This document shows, piece after piece, positions 37,564-50,340 of a DNA stretch of 64,000 nucleotides. Below the pieces are notes generated by a model. That model did no database searches. It worked only from the letters and a program-made list of their open reading frames with translations, and had not been told where the DNA came from. The stretch is from positions 74,673 through 138,672 of the forward strand of contig DF237163.1 in assembly GCA_000708835.1 (NCBI GenBank), given 5' to 3'. The stretch is from Klebsormidium nitens (lineage: Eukaryota > Plantae > Klebsormidiophyceae). Within the stretch, counting starts at the first letter, position 1. Each line of letters begins with the position of its first letter. Made by a program: the position numbers and the translations under genes.

Positions 37564-37869
37564 CATTCTGGTTCTGCTTCGCCGCTTTCTGATGCAACAT
37601 CATTGCTGTACATCTTGAAATGCAGGCTAGGATTCCCTAAAACAGAAGGTTCCCTACCTTGCCCTCAGATTCTAATCCTCGCAAGCAGAGGACTATTTTT
37701 CTGGTCCCGCAGATCTAGTCAACTCCCTAATGTTTTCAAATGCTCCACAAGCCTTCTCCTTCCACCACCAATCCCCATCCACATCAAGAGAGGCCGGATT
37801 GGAAGCGCCTGGCCTCGCAAAGATTGCAAATTCCTCATGAAAATATGAACCCCACGCCTGATCGAGAAT

Positions 37870-37930
37870 GCACAAATGCGATCAGGGTTTCGCGGCCGCG
37901 CTACCGCCGGCCGCTGAAGGAACCTGGATG
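37870..37930. promoter_or_regulatory. Putative promoter element of the divergent coiled-coil/GT34 pair
   Basis: CAGGGTTT (37883-37890) directly followed by the palindrome CGCGGCCGCG (37891-37900) and then GCCGGCCGC. Confidence 0.35.
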
Positions 37931-38441
37931 AGAATGGGAGGTTTTAGAGAATTGCAGTAGCTAGTACGTGGCACCTGTTGCCGTGCTCGCGCACACCCTC
38001 CCAACCGTTTCGGTGTACACCCGCTTTGGGTCAATTGAAATGATACAAAGGATATGTAATGTACCGTACAGTAGCTCGTCTGCTCGTCGTACCGGTCCAG
38101 TAACTTAGTAAACTACTCTTCAATAACCCTTGAAAGCTCAAGGCAAAGCCCTCGCAAAGCAAGGGGCAAGGGTGCTTTTGATGCGCAGGAAGGTGGGCGG
38201 AGGAGTGGCTACTGAAGTAATATTCAACATCTAACGTAATTATTGACCATAGTCTCTGGTGACAGAGCTGGGTGAAGTTGGTATGCCTGAAGGCCTAGCA
38301 GGTCTGGTGTTATCTCAGATCTGAGGCCCAGAAAAGCTGAGACACTTACTGGAGCTGCTTCCATTCTCCCAGTGCACAAGATTTCCCCTGGTTTCTTCCA
38401 TCTGTGTACCACCAGCAAGCAGCTGCGCCTGAGCTCGAACC

Positions 38442-41400
38442 ATGGCGACGATGGAGGTCCCGAAGACCAGAGCCAATGTGTGGCTGATGATTCTCCTCGG
38501 CATAGCCATTTTCGCAGCCGGAGCTGGCATAGCTACTTTTGTCAATCTAGGGATTACATCCTTAGCTAGCCAGCACCAGCTAAGCCAAGCCCGTAGCGCA
38601 GTTGCTTCAGCTTCTATCTTTGGGTCTTCAGGCAACAACCCCCACAGCAGCATTGAAAAAGATCCAATGAAGCTGGACGTTGAGCTCCAGGCTCAACGAA
38701 GGAACCTTTTAGAAGCTGATCTTGATGAGCTGGAGGGGTTGGTGAAAGAAGAGAGCCGGAAGCAAGCGGAGCAACTCCAGTCCGGGGTGCTCTCACCAGT
38801 TGCATCGGAGCAGACTGTGATGGACTTGAAAAATCAAGACGCTGCTGCGAGACACCCTGATGGGCAAAGAAGAAGGGTGGTGCTGCTGCACATGCATGAA
38901 AGCAGCAAGTTCCCAGAGTTTGAGCCGATTGGAGGGACTGCTCTTGAGAATAAGCGCAGGTGAGGCTGCATCAAGGGTTTCCTTCGGGTGGTGGATGCTT
39001 GTCATGCTTCAGTGATGAACATGGAAATAGCACTCCTCCAAAAGGCATACTAGCTGCTTCAGAAATACACTTAGAGCTGCAAGCTGGGTCTGCTTTTTCC
39101 ATAGCAGGTCAGCCTGAAGTAACCTCAGAAAGTGAATTTGCTTGCTGAGGTTGTTTGAAATAGTAGAATGTGTCAGTGCGGTCTTCTGCAATCAATTTTG
39201 AAAGTTGCAGCTTTCAAGTACAATCAGAATCATATAAAGGTTGCACACTGCGTTCGCATCCCATCCTGAAACTTGCAACTGACACCGAAGGTGGTGTGAA
39301 GAGTAGGTTTGAAAGAGATTGGAATTACACCACTTTGAGTGCAGACTTTGAATTCGATGGATTCTGACCCTGCAGTGGTGTGTCAGATGATGAAGAGAAG
39401 GGAAAGGGTGATTGATCGAGAAGAAACCTTTCGCAGGCGAACCACAATTGCTGGGATGCAGGAATCGCCGATCATTTAAGGGTCTAGTAATTCTGAAGCG
39501 CCACCTCGTACTCTTCAGATATGCCCGGAGGTGGGGCTACGAGATGGCCACCCATCTTTCCAGTGGCGCAGAGGGCCTGTTGAAGGAGATGCCGGACGGG
39601 AGTTTTGAACCTTACCCTGAGTGGTCCACTGACAAGGTGGGAAACACTGTGTGCCATTGCTGTAGTGCACAGCAGAGGGTTGGGGCGGCGGGTGCCTCGT
39701 CACCGTTGCGAAAATATGTTTTGACATCTAGCGGGGCGATTGCGGAACGAGCTTCGGTTTACGAACCCCTTTCCAATGCTGTGTTACAGCATGGCAAGCC
39801 AGTATCATCAGCGATCGCCAAACCCAATATTCGTAACGTTCATTTCTTGGGACCGCTAGTCAGCACATGTGCGCACGTTGCAGCAGTATGTTCTCACAAA
39901 CGAAATCGTTCTGCAGGATCGTCCATACAACTTCCAAAAGTTGAAGCTGGCCAGCGCTGCTTGCGTGGGCAGGCCCGACGACACGTGGGTTCTGTGGACG
40001 GACGCAGACGCCCTGATCATCAACCAATCAATTCCAGTGGCTGCCCTTGCTGATGACAACTTCGATCTGGTCATGGCTAGGGATTGGCTCACTATCAACT
40101 CAGGGGTCTTCTTCCTCAAGTGCAGGTAAGCACAAAGAGAAGAGCGAGTTGTTGTGGAACTTCGTAGATTCCTCAAATACAAGGAAAGCAGAGCTCGGGA
40201 TGGGTGTTCCAGAATTCAGAAACTGGCATTATTTCGATCACACTACCATTGAAGGCCTGGGGTACGCATGCGAACATATCCGCTTTCACAGTAGCTGTTC
40301 AAAGCTTCGCGGATGGAAAGGCCAGATATCCTCTGCTTCTGATGATGAGATCATTCGGCGTCTGCTTACGCTGAATCTCCCTGCTGTCTAGGTATCATGA
40401 AAGAAAGTACCGCAACCAATTATGTTGCGTCCTTCTGCAGCGCATGGGCACGTGACTTTTTGCAAAGGGCTTATAACGCCAGGGAGCACGACAACAACTG
40501 GCAGCTCGGCCCCGACCAAGCCGCCATTCTGCAGGCGCTTGAAGCGCCCGGCAGCGCAGAGAAAGTCAAGTACGTGGCGAAGCACGCTTGTAACGTTTAC
40601 CCAGAGGTAAGAAACGACTTCGAAGAGGAGCGCAGCCTTGAAACAGGAATGCTCTCTTCCTCAGTTGTGCTCGTGCACCTGATGCGGCCAAGGATGCGGC
40701 CAGAAGAACGGCTTCTTGGCCTTTGTCTAGGCGGAACAACGTTCCAGAGCTGAACTATTCCTTCACCACGCAAGAAGTACGCACTTACAAGTTCGTTTCA
40801 AAGTCTTTGTCTGGCGGCCGCTTTGATTTTCACTGGAGGCCAGGAGAGGACTCTGTGCCCAACCTATGAACCTAATATAAGCTGTAATTTATTTGCTTTG
40901 AACGCCGATGGTCGACTAACTGGTAAAACTGGACTCACAGGAGTACCGACCAGGCGACTACATCGTGCATCTGGCGGGCAAGCTGTACGCTGCCGGGATG
41001 AAGGGGTGCCTCGCCCTGACGCGGCAGTTCGACGCACTGTCGATCCTCGACAGCCTTCCGCACATCGACTCGTTCTTCAACGACAAGCACTTGTTGACCC
41101 TCCCCGGAAATCAGTTCAAGGTAAGAGCTTGCCGCAAGGAAGAATCGGATCTGCACAAAAGGTTTCAGTGCATTGGGCGCAGTTCCTTAAGGAAGTTAAG
41201 AGCAGCGAGCATCTGATGGAGCGTGAAACATCTTTCGCCCTTCGCGTTCGCAGATGGTCAGAAAGAGTAAAATCGAAACCCGAAACGATTGCTGACGGGT
41301 ATCCTTTGCAGCTCTTTTTTGTCCAAGGATATCTTTTGCCAGATCGACGGTCTTTCTTGTTCTCTCGAGAGCTCTACAGGAAATATTTCCAATCCCATCA

Positions 41401-41681
41401 CGTCCCAATACCTCTTTATTCAAAGCCCTCTCCTGGAAGAATTGCAATGAATCAGCTTCGCGGGTCAAACCCTGAAACTTTATCCTGGCTTGCTTCAGGA
41501 CGGTTTCGAGAACCTTCCCGAGCTGGAGTTGGCGAGGCCGCTGATCGACATCAGCTACCCCGACCGGTACTGGCACATTCGGCGCATGTTTCCCCACTTG
41601 CAAGACTGGTACGATCACTACGATCCAGACGCGGTGGCGGAGCGGGAGAGGTGGACAGAGTTGAACAGGGGCGAGCTGTGA
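38442..41681 (+). CDS. GT34 glycosyltransferase (GMA12/MNN10; xyloglucan xylosyltransferase/galactomannan galactosyltransferase-like), type II membrane protein, 6 exons, ~457 aa
   Basis: Exons 38442-38959, 39519-39636, 39917-40125, 40441-40606, 40941-41120, 41499-41681, totalling 1374 nt. N-terminal TM helix and stem, NKRRYARRWGY, WVLWTDADALIIN (DxD), INSGVFFLK, DQAAI, YRPGDYIVHLAG. Confidence 0.88.
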
Positions 41682-42847
41682 ACCGCGTTTAGTAGAGTTC
41701 TTGGCTTAATTCTTTGTGTCGCGTATGCAGCAGGAGAAAGACTCCGCTTGATTCATTCAGGATCCGACCGGAAGTCAACACGCTCTTTTCTTCTAGGGCC
41801 ACCAGGATCTGCTCGAGCCTCGCTCGAGCATGCCTCCCGTGAAAGTCTTCCTCGGGCAACAAGTTGCTTTCAAGAAACCAAGAAGATTGCATTTTGGCAG
41901 CTCTGCGTCACCGGTAATGGCGCACTGAATGTCTGAAACTATAGGAACAGTACGAAACGTGACCGCTACTTAGAAATGAAGTGAGATCCGGTACGTTTTC
42001 GATTGTCGGCCCAGCTAGCAGCAGATATGCATGACCCTCGAAAATGTATTTTGACGACCGCCCACGGTTCCTGCTTGCCGGTGAATTCGCTTAAGGCCAA
42101 AAAAAGCCGGTCCCGAATCCAAGACTCTGGATGAAGAATCATGTCGGAATGCTTTGCCACGCAAATTGGCGCGGCAGACGTGCGCGCAGACAACATGCTA
42201 CACCAGCTGGCAACTATAAGCTAGACGATCAAGTCATAGCTCATCGCGTTCACTGTCTCTTGGCGAAAAATATGATCATATCTAACCACCATTATAATTA
42301 GGGTGGACAGCAGGATTAGGCTAGGGGTGTCTCTTCCAAGCCTTATATGACGACGTAGCCAGGCCATGAACTCAGACGTCTGCATTATGGCATGCCAATA
42401 ACAATGTTGTGATACCTTGATTGATCTTACGCTTTACTACTACCGTCCGTTACTGATTATTGCAGCCGGTCGAAGCCTAGCGCGCTATTATACTACCTAA
42501 TCAGGCAATCTCAAAGGCTCAGCACATCGACTCGGTTCAATCCGTCTAAGATATATACTGTAGCTAAGCACTGGCACAATAAACACGATAGCACACTAAA
42601 ACAGACCAGGATCGGCCAGTGACGAGCCTGAACTGGTACTTAAATATTGCTTGCGGCGATGCCATATTTACTTGATCGACCGCGCCGAGATTCAAAATCC
42701 GGTTGCATGCGTTGTATCGGACGGCTCTCAGTCCTCAACTAGCTGCTCATCGGAGGGTACGTCATCGCAAATAATCTGCGCGAGCACTCAAACCTTTGTG
42801 TACTCCTCGTGTACAAAATGTGCATCACTCCCCAAAACCTGATAGGG

Positions 42848-43024
42848 AAAAACTTTAATAGTAACAAGGAACTTAAGGTACACGAGTACGGGTGGGGTTG
42901 GTTTGGTGGTTAGGGTGGGTTCGGGTGCGGAGCAGGTCATTTTGTCCTTAGGGTTTTAGTGTTGGTTAAGCCGAGAGATTGAGTACTTTCAGTACCTAAG
43001 ATCCTTATCACTATTAAAGTTTTT
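42848..43024. mobile_element. MITE-like element (~177 bp) with ~34-bp imperfect terminal inverted repeats and a G/T-rich interior
   Basis: Left arm 42848-42881 AAAAACTTTAATAGTAACAAGGAACTTAAGGTAC; right arm 42992-43024 GTACCTAAGATCCTTATCACTATTAAAGTTTTT. They differ by 3 mismatches and 1 gap, and the outer 15 bp are perfect. The interior has TTAGGG and GGGTGGGG tracts. Confidence 0.65.
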
Positions 43025-43472
43025 TGTTATAAAACCTGCGTCGGTGTTTAAGCTGTACCCAGCTGTACCTTGAATTTGGGAATGACAGCGCGATGCAATG
43101 GCATGCAGTAAAGTTAAACTGATGCAGAAGGACTGTTCATCTGAAACCACGCCGAGCCTGCGCTTGACAATTGATTCTGTTTTAAAAGACACATGAATTG
43201 CTGCGAAATACAGAAGTTGAAGCTGAGAAGCTAGTGTAGCTTCAGTAGTGATATAAGGGAGCCTGGCTCTGCTGTCGAGCAATGGCGAAGCCTTCATCAA
43301 CTCAGTACCTATAAGGCATGCTGCACAGTTCCCTGAAACAAGCTTGCTGTTTGAATGCTGAGCTTTTGATTGATGGACCCGCCACCATGCCGGCAAGGCT
43401 GCAAATACTAAGACCAACTGCATGCCCATTAACCCTGAGCAATAGACATAGGGGCAAAATCAGCAATACAGA

Positions 43473-46400
43473 ATGGCTCGTCACGCAGAGGAAGAACGGG
43501 ATGCGTCAAAGAATGCTAAACAGCACCGCTCAGCAGAACGAAAGACCGATGTGGAAGTGGAACCTACCAAGAAGCACAGCACTAAAGAAAAGTTTCACAA
43601 GGAAGAAGGGAAGGATAAGCGCAAAGAGAAGTCAAAAGACGAAAAGCGAGAGAGCAGGCATCGAGACGAGAGCGGTAAGGAGACGCGAAGGAATGGGTAT
43701 GAGGACAAGGATGCTCGTGAGGAAGTTAGAGCAGCCGCTAGGAGCTCCAATCGGCAAGAACAGCTGGAGGACAAGAGGGAGGACAGAACTGGGGACAAGA
43801 GCCAAAGGGAACATAGGAGGGAAGGCTCAAAAGACAAGAAGGATGATGATAGAAGTCCTCTAGAACCACAGAAGACCAATGCTGTCGAGGGAGAAAGAAG
43901 GAAGGCGAGCAAGGAGCTCATGTGTGAAGTTTGCGAGCATAGAGAAGCCACAATGTGGTGCGGTGACTGTGGGGACATCTTCTACTGTAGAAAGTGTGCG
44001 GATGCCGATCATTCTAGGGGGAAGAGAAAGGAGCATCTGCCCCTTCGAACAGCAGAAAAGGCGCCCCAGCGTGCAGCCACAAAAGTGGTCAAGTGCGAGG
44101 AGCATGGAGAGATACTGCGGGCTTATTGCGAGACGGACAGGAAGGCCGTTTGCAGCCTGTGTCTTCACATTGGAAACCATAAGGTGAGGTCACTCAGTGG
44201 CAACAGCGTTGAGGATGTGCGAGTCAGGTCACAGTGCATGGTAAATAACGAAGCTATACATCTTTTGAAATAACCAGTCGCGGCTGCATGAATTGTTGCT
44301 TTATCAAAGAGGTAAAACCTGCGCGCTGAATGCAGTATTGTGAGTATTCTTACTTATTCCAAAGAGTGCCTGTTTTACCGCTAGCGTTACAGTGCGTAGC
44401 AAGCGGATAAGCTCGTGCAAAACTCTCATACTACAACAAGATGCCAAATCGGCTACTTGCAATTGCCAGGGCCATTCCGCAGTCGAGCTTGACAAAGCTG
44501 TTCGAGCTGCAAGAGACTCCATCCGCAAGGAAGCTGGGGACCTTATTCTGGAGCGCCAGAAGGTGGACACATTCTTGGACGAAATGGAGGAGATGGCTGA
44601 GTCGTTGAAGAAGGTAAGACTTGCAAGCAGGAACTCAAAGGTCAGGAAATATCTTTGGAACCTACGTAAGCTTCCTTGTCTAAGGGAGTTCGGAGGCCTC
44701 AGGGCCATGCTGTTTTGCTGATTGTTCGGGCAGGCTGTGTAAGGGAAGTTGGAAAATATTAGTGTTTATTGCATACTGACGATCGTCTGCATACAGACCA
44801 CTCGGCAAAAGTGCTGGTGTTGACAAGCTTAGCATCCTGTGTGCAATCTCTCGATTCATCTCAAGGCCGACGATAATGAGGTCCCATAACACAATTGCCA
44901 GCGGCTCTCGCTAATTACTGCACCAGAATGAACGCAAACATGCTATGATGGAGAAGCACCTCCAAATCATTCTCTGCGTTTCTGCAGAACGGGGCGGAGC
45001 TTAGAGAACACCTGCGGACTGCATGCGACTCGTTCAGAGCAGTACTTACGGAGAGAGAGGCGGCGCTTCTGGTTCAGGTCGACGAGGTAAGGGCTGCTTA
45101 TACGGCTCTTGTGGCTCCGATAATCAAAAGTTCGTGCCAGCAACCGCCACAGTCTTGATTCCAAAGACATGCTGGTTAGATCAATTGGAACTTGGCATAC
45201 AGATCTGAACTTATAAGGGCTGCAGTCGTAAGGGAAGAAAAGACAGAGAAATAAAGTCTGGATTGGACTTATCACCGAACGTTGAGAACTCGAGACTTGG
45301 CCATTTTGACGATCGGTCAGCCCGCGGTCAGTCACTGACGTTGAGCCGCTACCATCGAATACTGTGCGCAATTGGGGATGTCCAGAAGCCTTTCGTTTGC
45401 GTCTTTCCATGCTGTCAAGCACAATACGCATAGGTGTCACTTTGATGTGCAGCGCGAAAGTGAGAAGACGAGTATCATCGGTCGACAGAGGGCGCGGTGG
45501 AAGGACACAGTCACCGAGGTCAATAAGGTGAGTACGCTTCTATGTAGAAACAATTCTTGACGCTCCGGGAGATTGTTCTATAGAAGAACAATCATCTTTT
45601 GCCAGAGATTGTTCTTGGAAAAGCGGAGACCCTGACGTGTATGACTTCTGTATCCCCCTTGAGTCCCGGACATTATACTCAACCTCAGATTCTTTCCCTG
45701 CTTTCTTGGCAGCTTTTCTAGATCCTGACCTTATGAGTTACCACCTTTAACCTTTTCTTTACTGCACTTGCACACTGCAGGCTCGGGACCTGGCTGAAGC
45801 AGCTCTCAAGGAAGCTGACCCAGTTGTGCTGCTGAAGAAGCGGGACGCCTTCGAGCAGCAGGTAAGAGGCGAGCGAATACTTTCATCAAACGATTACAAT
45901 CATATCTAGTAGGCTTTAAGAGCCTTCTGACTGGGAAGCATTGTGACTTTTTCCACTTTCAGTTCCAAAAACCTTCTCTAGCCACAATTCAGAGCTACAT
46001 CCCTCTCCGAAATGAAGGCACTCTTACTTTACCTTTCCGTGGCACCTGTTCGAACTCATCTTCCTTTCATCCAGGCGCACGCCCTCCGCATCGCGGCCGC
46101 GCGCCGCAGCGCGACGCCCGCTACCACCGCGTCCCTCGACCTGGCCCTGGAAGCGGACCCTTTCATCAATCTCATACGGGAGTCTCTAGTGTTCAGCTCT
46201 AGCGCATCGGCGAACAGGGCCTCCAGCGTGATCGCGCGGCTGCAGCAGGCGCAGAGTCAGAAAGCGAGCCTGACGGACAACACAGTGGTCGTCCTCCCAA
46301 GAGGCTGCTTGGAGGTGAGGAACGTGGCGCTACTGGAGAGCTTGGCTTATAGCATAATGAAGGTCGTGAAGCGCAATACAGTTGATTACAACCTCTTTTG

Positions 46401-49400
46401 GATCTTCGAGTTGGATATATTGGATCACAGACGCGTTTGCTGCTCGAGATTCTCAAACGCTCTCGTTAAGTCATCCTTGGCAGCGTTGAATGAGTTACGA
46501 AGTAGGGCAAGATAAATGCGTACAAGGATGCGGCACGAGACCCAGACACGGCGTGCACGCACGACAGAAACGGCTGCCGGGATAAGTTTTTGGGTTTCGT
46601 TGACTAAGATTGGCTACGTGCGCCTCCTTCTTTCAGGTCGCGCACGTCTCGCCCAACCTCGCCACCAATCACGACTCGTCCTCACCGGACGCCTGGATCG
46701 GACGGCTGTGGGAGCTCCGGGAACACGTGGCCGCATTTGAGGCGTCCAAAGCCGCCGCCTTGGAGCTCTCCAGAACGAAGCGCAAGGGGAGACGAGATCA
46801 GCCCGAGAAAGAGAACGACACCGCAATAAAAGCGGCGATGAAGATCCAAGCTCGGTGGCGGGGGGCAAGTCTCAGGAAAGCGAACTCGTTGGAAGTGCTT
46901 AAGGCCTTCCGGGGATGTGGGGTCAGGGGGAGTGTCGTCTACACGCCGGAAGGAGACTCGAGCGATGGCGCTGACGAGCGGTAAGACTTTAAATAAAAAA
47001 AAGACTGTATTCTTCCACAAAGAACTAGAACATTTTAAGGGCATTGGAACGGCGCTAAGTTCCACCATGATTTACAAAAGTAATAGGAGTGTCCTAAAGA
47101 GGGGAAAAGAAGGTCTTAATGGATAAAGTAAGAGAGGTCATGCAGCTTCGTCTTCTTCAACGTTTAGTCCTGTCGTTCGTAGCCAGTCTCAGAAGTGATT
47201 CTGAAGGGCATGGATCGCTCGTCCTTTTACAGATACGTCAAGACACTTGCCAACTTGGGCTGCTTGGTCGTGCTTGCCGGTCGCCAAGCGGAAGCCCCGG
47301 GAAAGCGCGCCCCTTCTTTATCGACACGGAACCCGTCCGGTCCTTCGCCGCTCGAAGCCTGGTGAGAGAAGCAAGCCCTGCTTTTATCGAAGCCCTGATT
47401 TTGTGTTCGGTTGAATGCAGATGCATCCGCAAAATAGAGTCCCCGCAGCTTTCTGTAGGCCCGCAATACACAAAATGCATTAGCAGCGGCGTGAAGAGAT
47501 CCTATCCATGCATCCTGCCTGCAATGAAAGACCCTGGCTTTGTCTTAATCTTTCCTGAGGCGTCTTTCGCGGGACAATGATCGGCTGCTTGAAACTTCAC
47601 CCGGTATCCTTTTCCGGACGCTACCGTTGTTGCTGATTTCCAGATCAGAACACTACCGCTCTTGGAAAGAGGACTTACCCTGCATTGGAAGCGCGTTGTC
47701 TATCTTTGTTAGGGCTTCCTTTCTGACTAGTCTTTTCCTGCCAGGCTTGAAGCGCAGGACCATGCGGACGATTCGGCCGTCCGAGAAGCCAAGGCGGTGG
47801 CCCAGATCAGCCACCTGGTAAAGGCCCTGCCTGCCTGCATCAGGTGAGAAGTTTGGTTCGGGATGGCGAGCCGGATGATCGAGAACATCGAATTTATCTG
47901 CAGTTTCCCTGCATCTTTCTGCATCGCGTTGACCTCTACTACAAAAGGTGTTGACTCCGTACGTGCGCTTTCTTGCTGCGTCATCTTTCTTACTCCCCGT
48001 GAACCGTGCAGGCAAAGCGGCGTTTTCTTGATGGGCCACGGTCGAGGCGGGGAGCTTTTGTCCCGTGCCGAAATGCAGAGATCCCTCCGCGAGCTGGTGA
48101 CCGGGACAATTCTCTCCGGTTGCAGCCAGCTTGGGACGGGGTTGGCAGGAAACGTCCTTGCTCTGGATTTCAAAGCAAGCGAGGTAGGCTCCGCTTCAGC
48201 TTTCCTATCACCAGCCGATTTTGGACCGAGTGCGGCAACTAGATCTTGCTCCTTAGTTGATGTTGCTTAGAGCCCTTGGAGCGCTTCATGGAGGATACTG
48301 GTCGAAAGTTTTTAAGCCCAAAAAGAACTTCATATCTTCCTCCTCCCGGTGTCCTCCAATTCAGTTGGCTCCGTGCCCCTGCTAAACAACAGGGGTACTG
48401 AGAAGCATGTTGCGCCAGCATTGGTTTGTCCAAATTCGCTTCTTAAGGTCGCAGACGACTTGTAATCACTCGTAGGCTGTGTCGAATCCCTCGTCATCAG
48501 AGGGAAGCGGCTCTTCTTACTAATACATCCATCTCAAAGCCATCATTTTTCACCCTCTCGTGATGATGTCGTAGCACTTTCTTATAGAGTTGTGTCGTTT
48601 TGATTTGCAGGCCACTCCAGCCTCATTCGAAGTCCTTCTTGCCGGCAACGTTGACAGCGGCCTCACCGCCACGCTGCCCGCTGACTTCCTGGAAGACGTC
48701 TCTACTTCGAAAGGTGAGATGCGAAGCGCTGCTCAAGGCTTGCCAGCTTGACCCAGCGCGATGTCGAGACTTTGGACGCCTGCCGAAAGTAGGTAATGTT
48801 GCCGTTGGAAATGCACGATCGAACGGTTCGAGCCTGCGGGCTGTCAAGCTTTTTGTCTTTCAATATTCTGTGAGCACCCCTTGTATCTGCCCGCGTCTTT
48901 GCCAAGCCATGTCCCCCATAAATGATCTCCTAGGTGGATCCCTCAGCATCTCAAGTCTCGTTTAATTATCGAGAATGAGCGCGCTTGCAACATTCTTTTG
49001 ATCCTAAAAACCGAAGCGAATCGCTCTGGTACCGTTCAAACCTGCTCCAAAAAAGTTCCGCCCGCTTTCCGTCCCCTGCAGACGGAATCCTCCGCGAGCT
49101 GCTTCTGACGTTCCTGTGCAAGCCCCAGCGGATCCACCTCCTGGACAAGCTGTGGGAAACGGAACCGCACCTGGCCAAACAGCTGACTGTCACCGGGCGA
49201 AAGTGAGAAGCAGGACACTAGCCCTGATTGTATTGCGGTCTAAAGGTGATCTTTCAGTTTGAAAAGACGAGCGTCAAGTACGCTGCATGGAGAGTGATGA
49301 AGCTAAAGAGGGACAACTCGAGAAGCCTCAAATTCCGGTTTTATAATCAAGACGATGCTCCTCTCTATCTGCGATGAGTCTGGCGACGTCACACAGAGAT

Positions 49401-50340
49401 AAGTGCAAGCAAGCCATGTACCCCCTTTCCATGCACTGATGCGTTTGTTTTGTGCAGAGGAAATGTGCTGTCAGTAAGCATCCAACCAACCGGCCGGACC
49501 ACGCGTCACAAACGGAACGGAGCGCTGGCACCGGAAAGCGCCCCCAAGAGCGGATCCCCTGCCAAAGAGGACCCGAAAGCGGGTGCTAACGGTTCCAAAT
49601 TGTTAGAGCGATCTGGGTCGATCCGTAAGCCGCAGCCCGTGAGCGAGGCACTTCCGGCGCAATATGGTTCCGGGGAGCTTCAGAAGCGGACGGAACCAGA
49701 AGCGGTGGAGACGAGCGGAGCGCCGAAGAACGAGGGGCCGTTGGCGGAAGTCGGGGCCAGTAGTCCCTCGCAATTGCCTTCTTCTACGTCCGGGGCAAAC
49801 CTTACCCAAAGTCTCAACCGAAACCCAAACCCAAACCCAAACCCGACTCAAGCTTCGTCTAGCAATCACCCCGGTTCCGCCCTTCCGGTTCCGGCGCCAC
49901 CTTCCGCAACAGCCCTGAATTCCCGGGCACCCACTCAGCCAGGGAGTACTTTCCTCTCAACCCAACCGGGGCCCCCTGAGACCACGCAACCGGGCGCGAG
50001 CCTCTCGTCCCGACCTTCGTTCAGCTCTTCCCGACCTCCCTTAGTGGGCTCGTCTTACACGACTCCAACGGCTCCAAACCCCGCGGTTTCTCCCAACCCC
50101 ACAGGCGCTTACGCGCCTTCGACGGCGGCTTCTTCGCTCATGAGCGCCTTGGGTAGCTCAGCATACGGACGAAGCGCGGCCGACGCGGCCGCGGCGCGCG
50201 TTCCCGCAGCCCAGCAGCCGCCTTTAAACGGGGCGTATGTCCCGGGTGCTTCGGCTGGGCGACTCGGGCAGCCGGGAACGGCGCCGTCCGCGGGTTTGCC
50301 CGGCGACCAGGGAGCACCGAGAAATGGAATGACGAGATAA
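43473..50340 (+). CDS. Multidomain protein: charged low-complexity N-terminus, B-box1, B-box2, coiled coil, IQ motif, alpha/beta-hydrolase-like domain, P/S/A-rich tail; 13 exons, ~1066 aa
   Basis: Exons 43473-44183, 44470-44613, 44988-45086, 45453-45527, 45781-45861, 46075-46314, 46637-46980, 47233-47361, 47745-47843, 48012-48183, 48611-48713, 49082-49202, 49458-50340. All introns are GT-AG and the 3201-nt total is in frame. B-box1 CEVC..CGDC..CRKC..H..H, B-box2 CEEH..CETD..CSLC..HKGH, IQ motif MKIQARWRGASLRK. The link from exon 7 to exon 8 uses CG|GTAAG at 46981; without splicing this frame stops at 46984. Confidence 0.8.
49821..49844 (+). repeat. (AAACCC)4 coding microsatellite (NPNPNPNP)
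   Basis: Four perfect AAACCC units in the last exon of the B-box gene. Confidence 0.9.

Noticed and set aside
40823-41692. 289-aa plus-strand ORF
   Set aside because: It is an alternative-frame shadow over GT34 exons 5-6 and an intron. The GT34 frame carries the conserved motifs.
43595-43978. Ser/Leu-rich minus-strand ORFs
   Set aside because: They are antisense shadows of the purine-rich K/E/R/D exon of the B-box gene.
46982-46984. TAA as the end of the B-box gene
   Set aside because: It overlaps a strong CG|GTAAG donor whose phase matches the next exon, and six more exons continue in frame. An alternative short isoform cannot be excluded.
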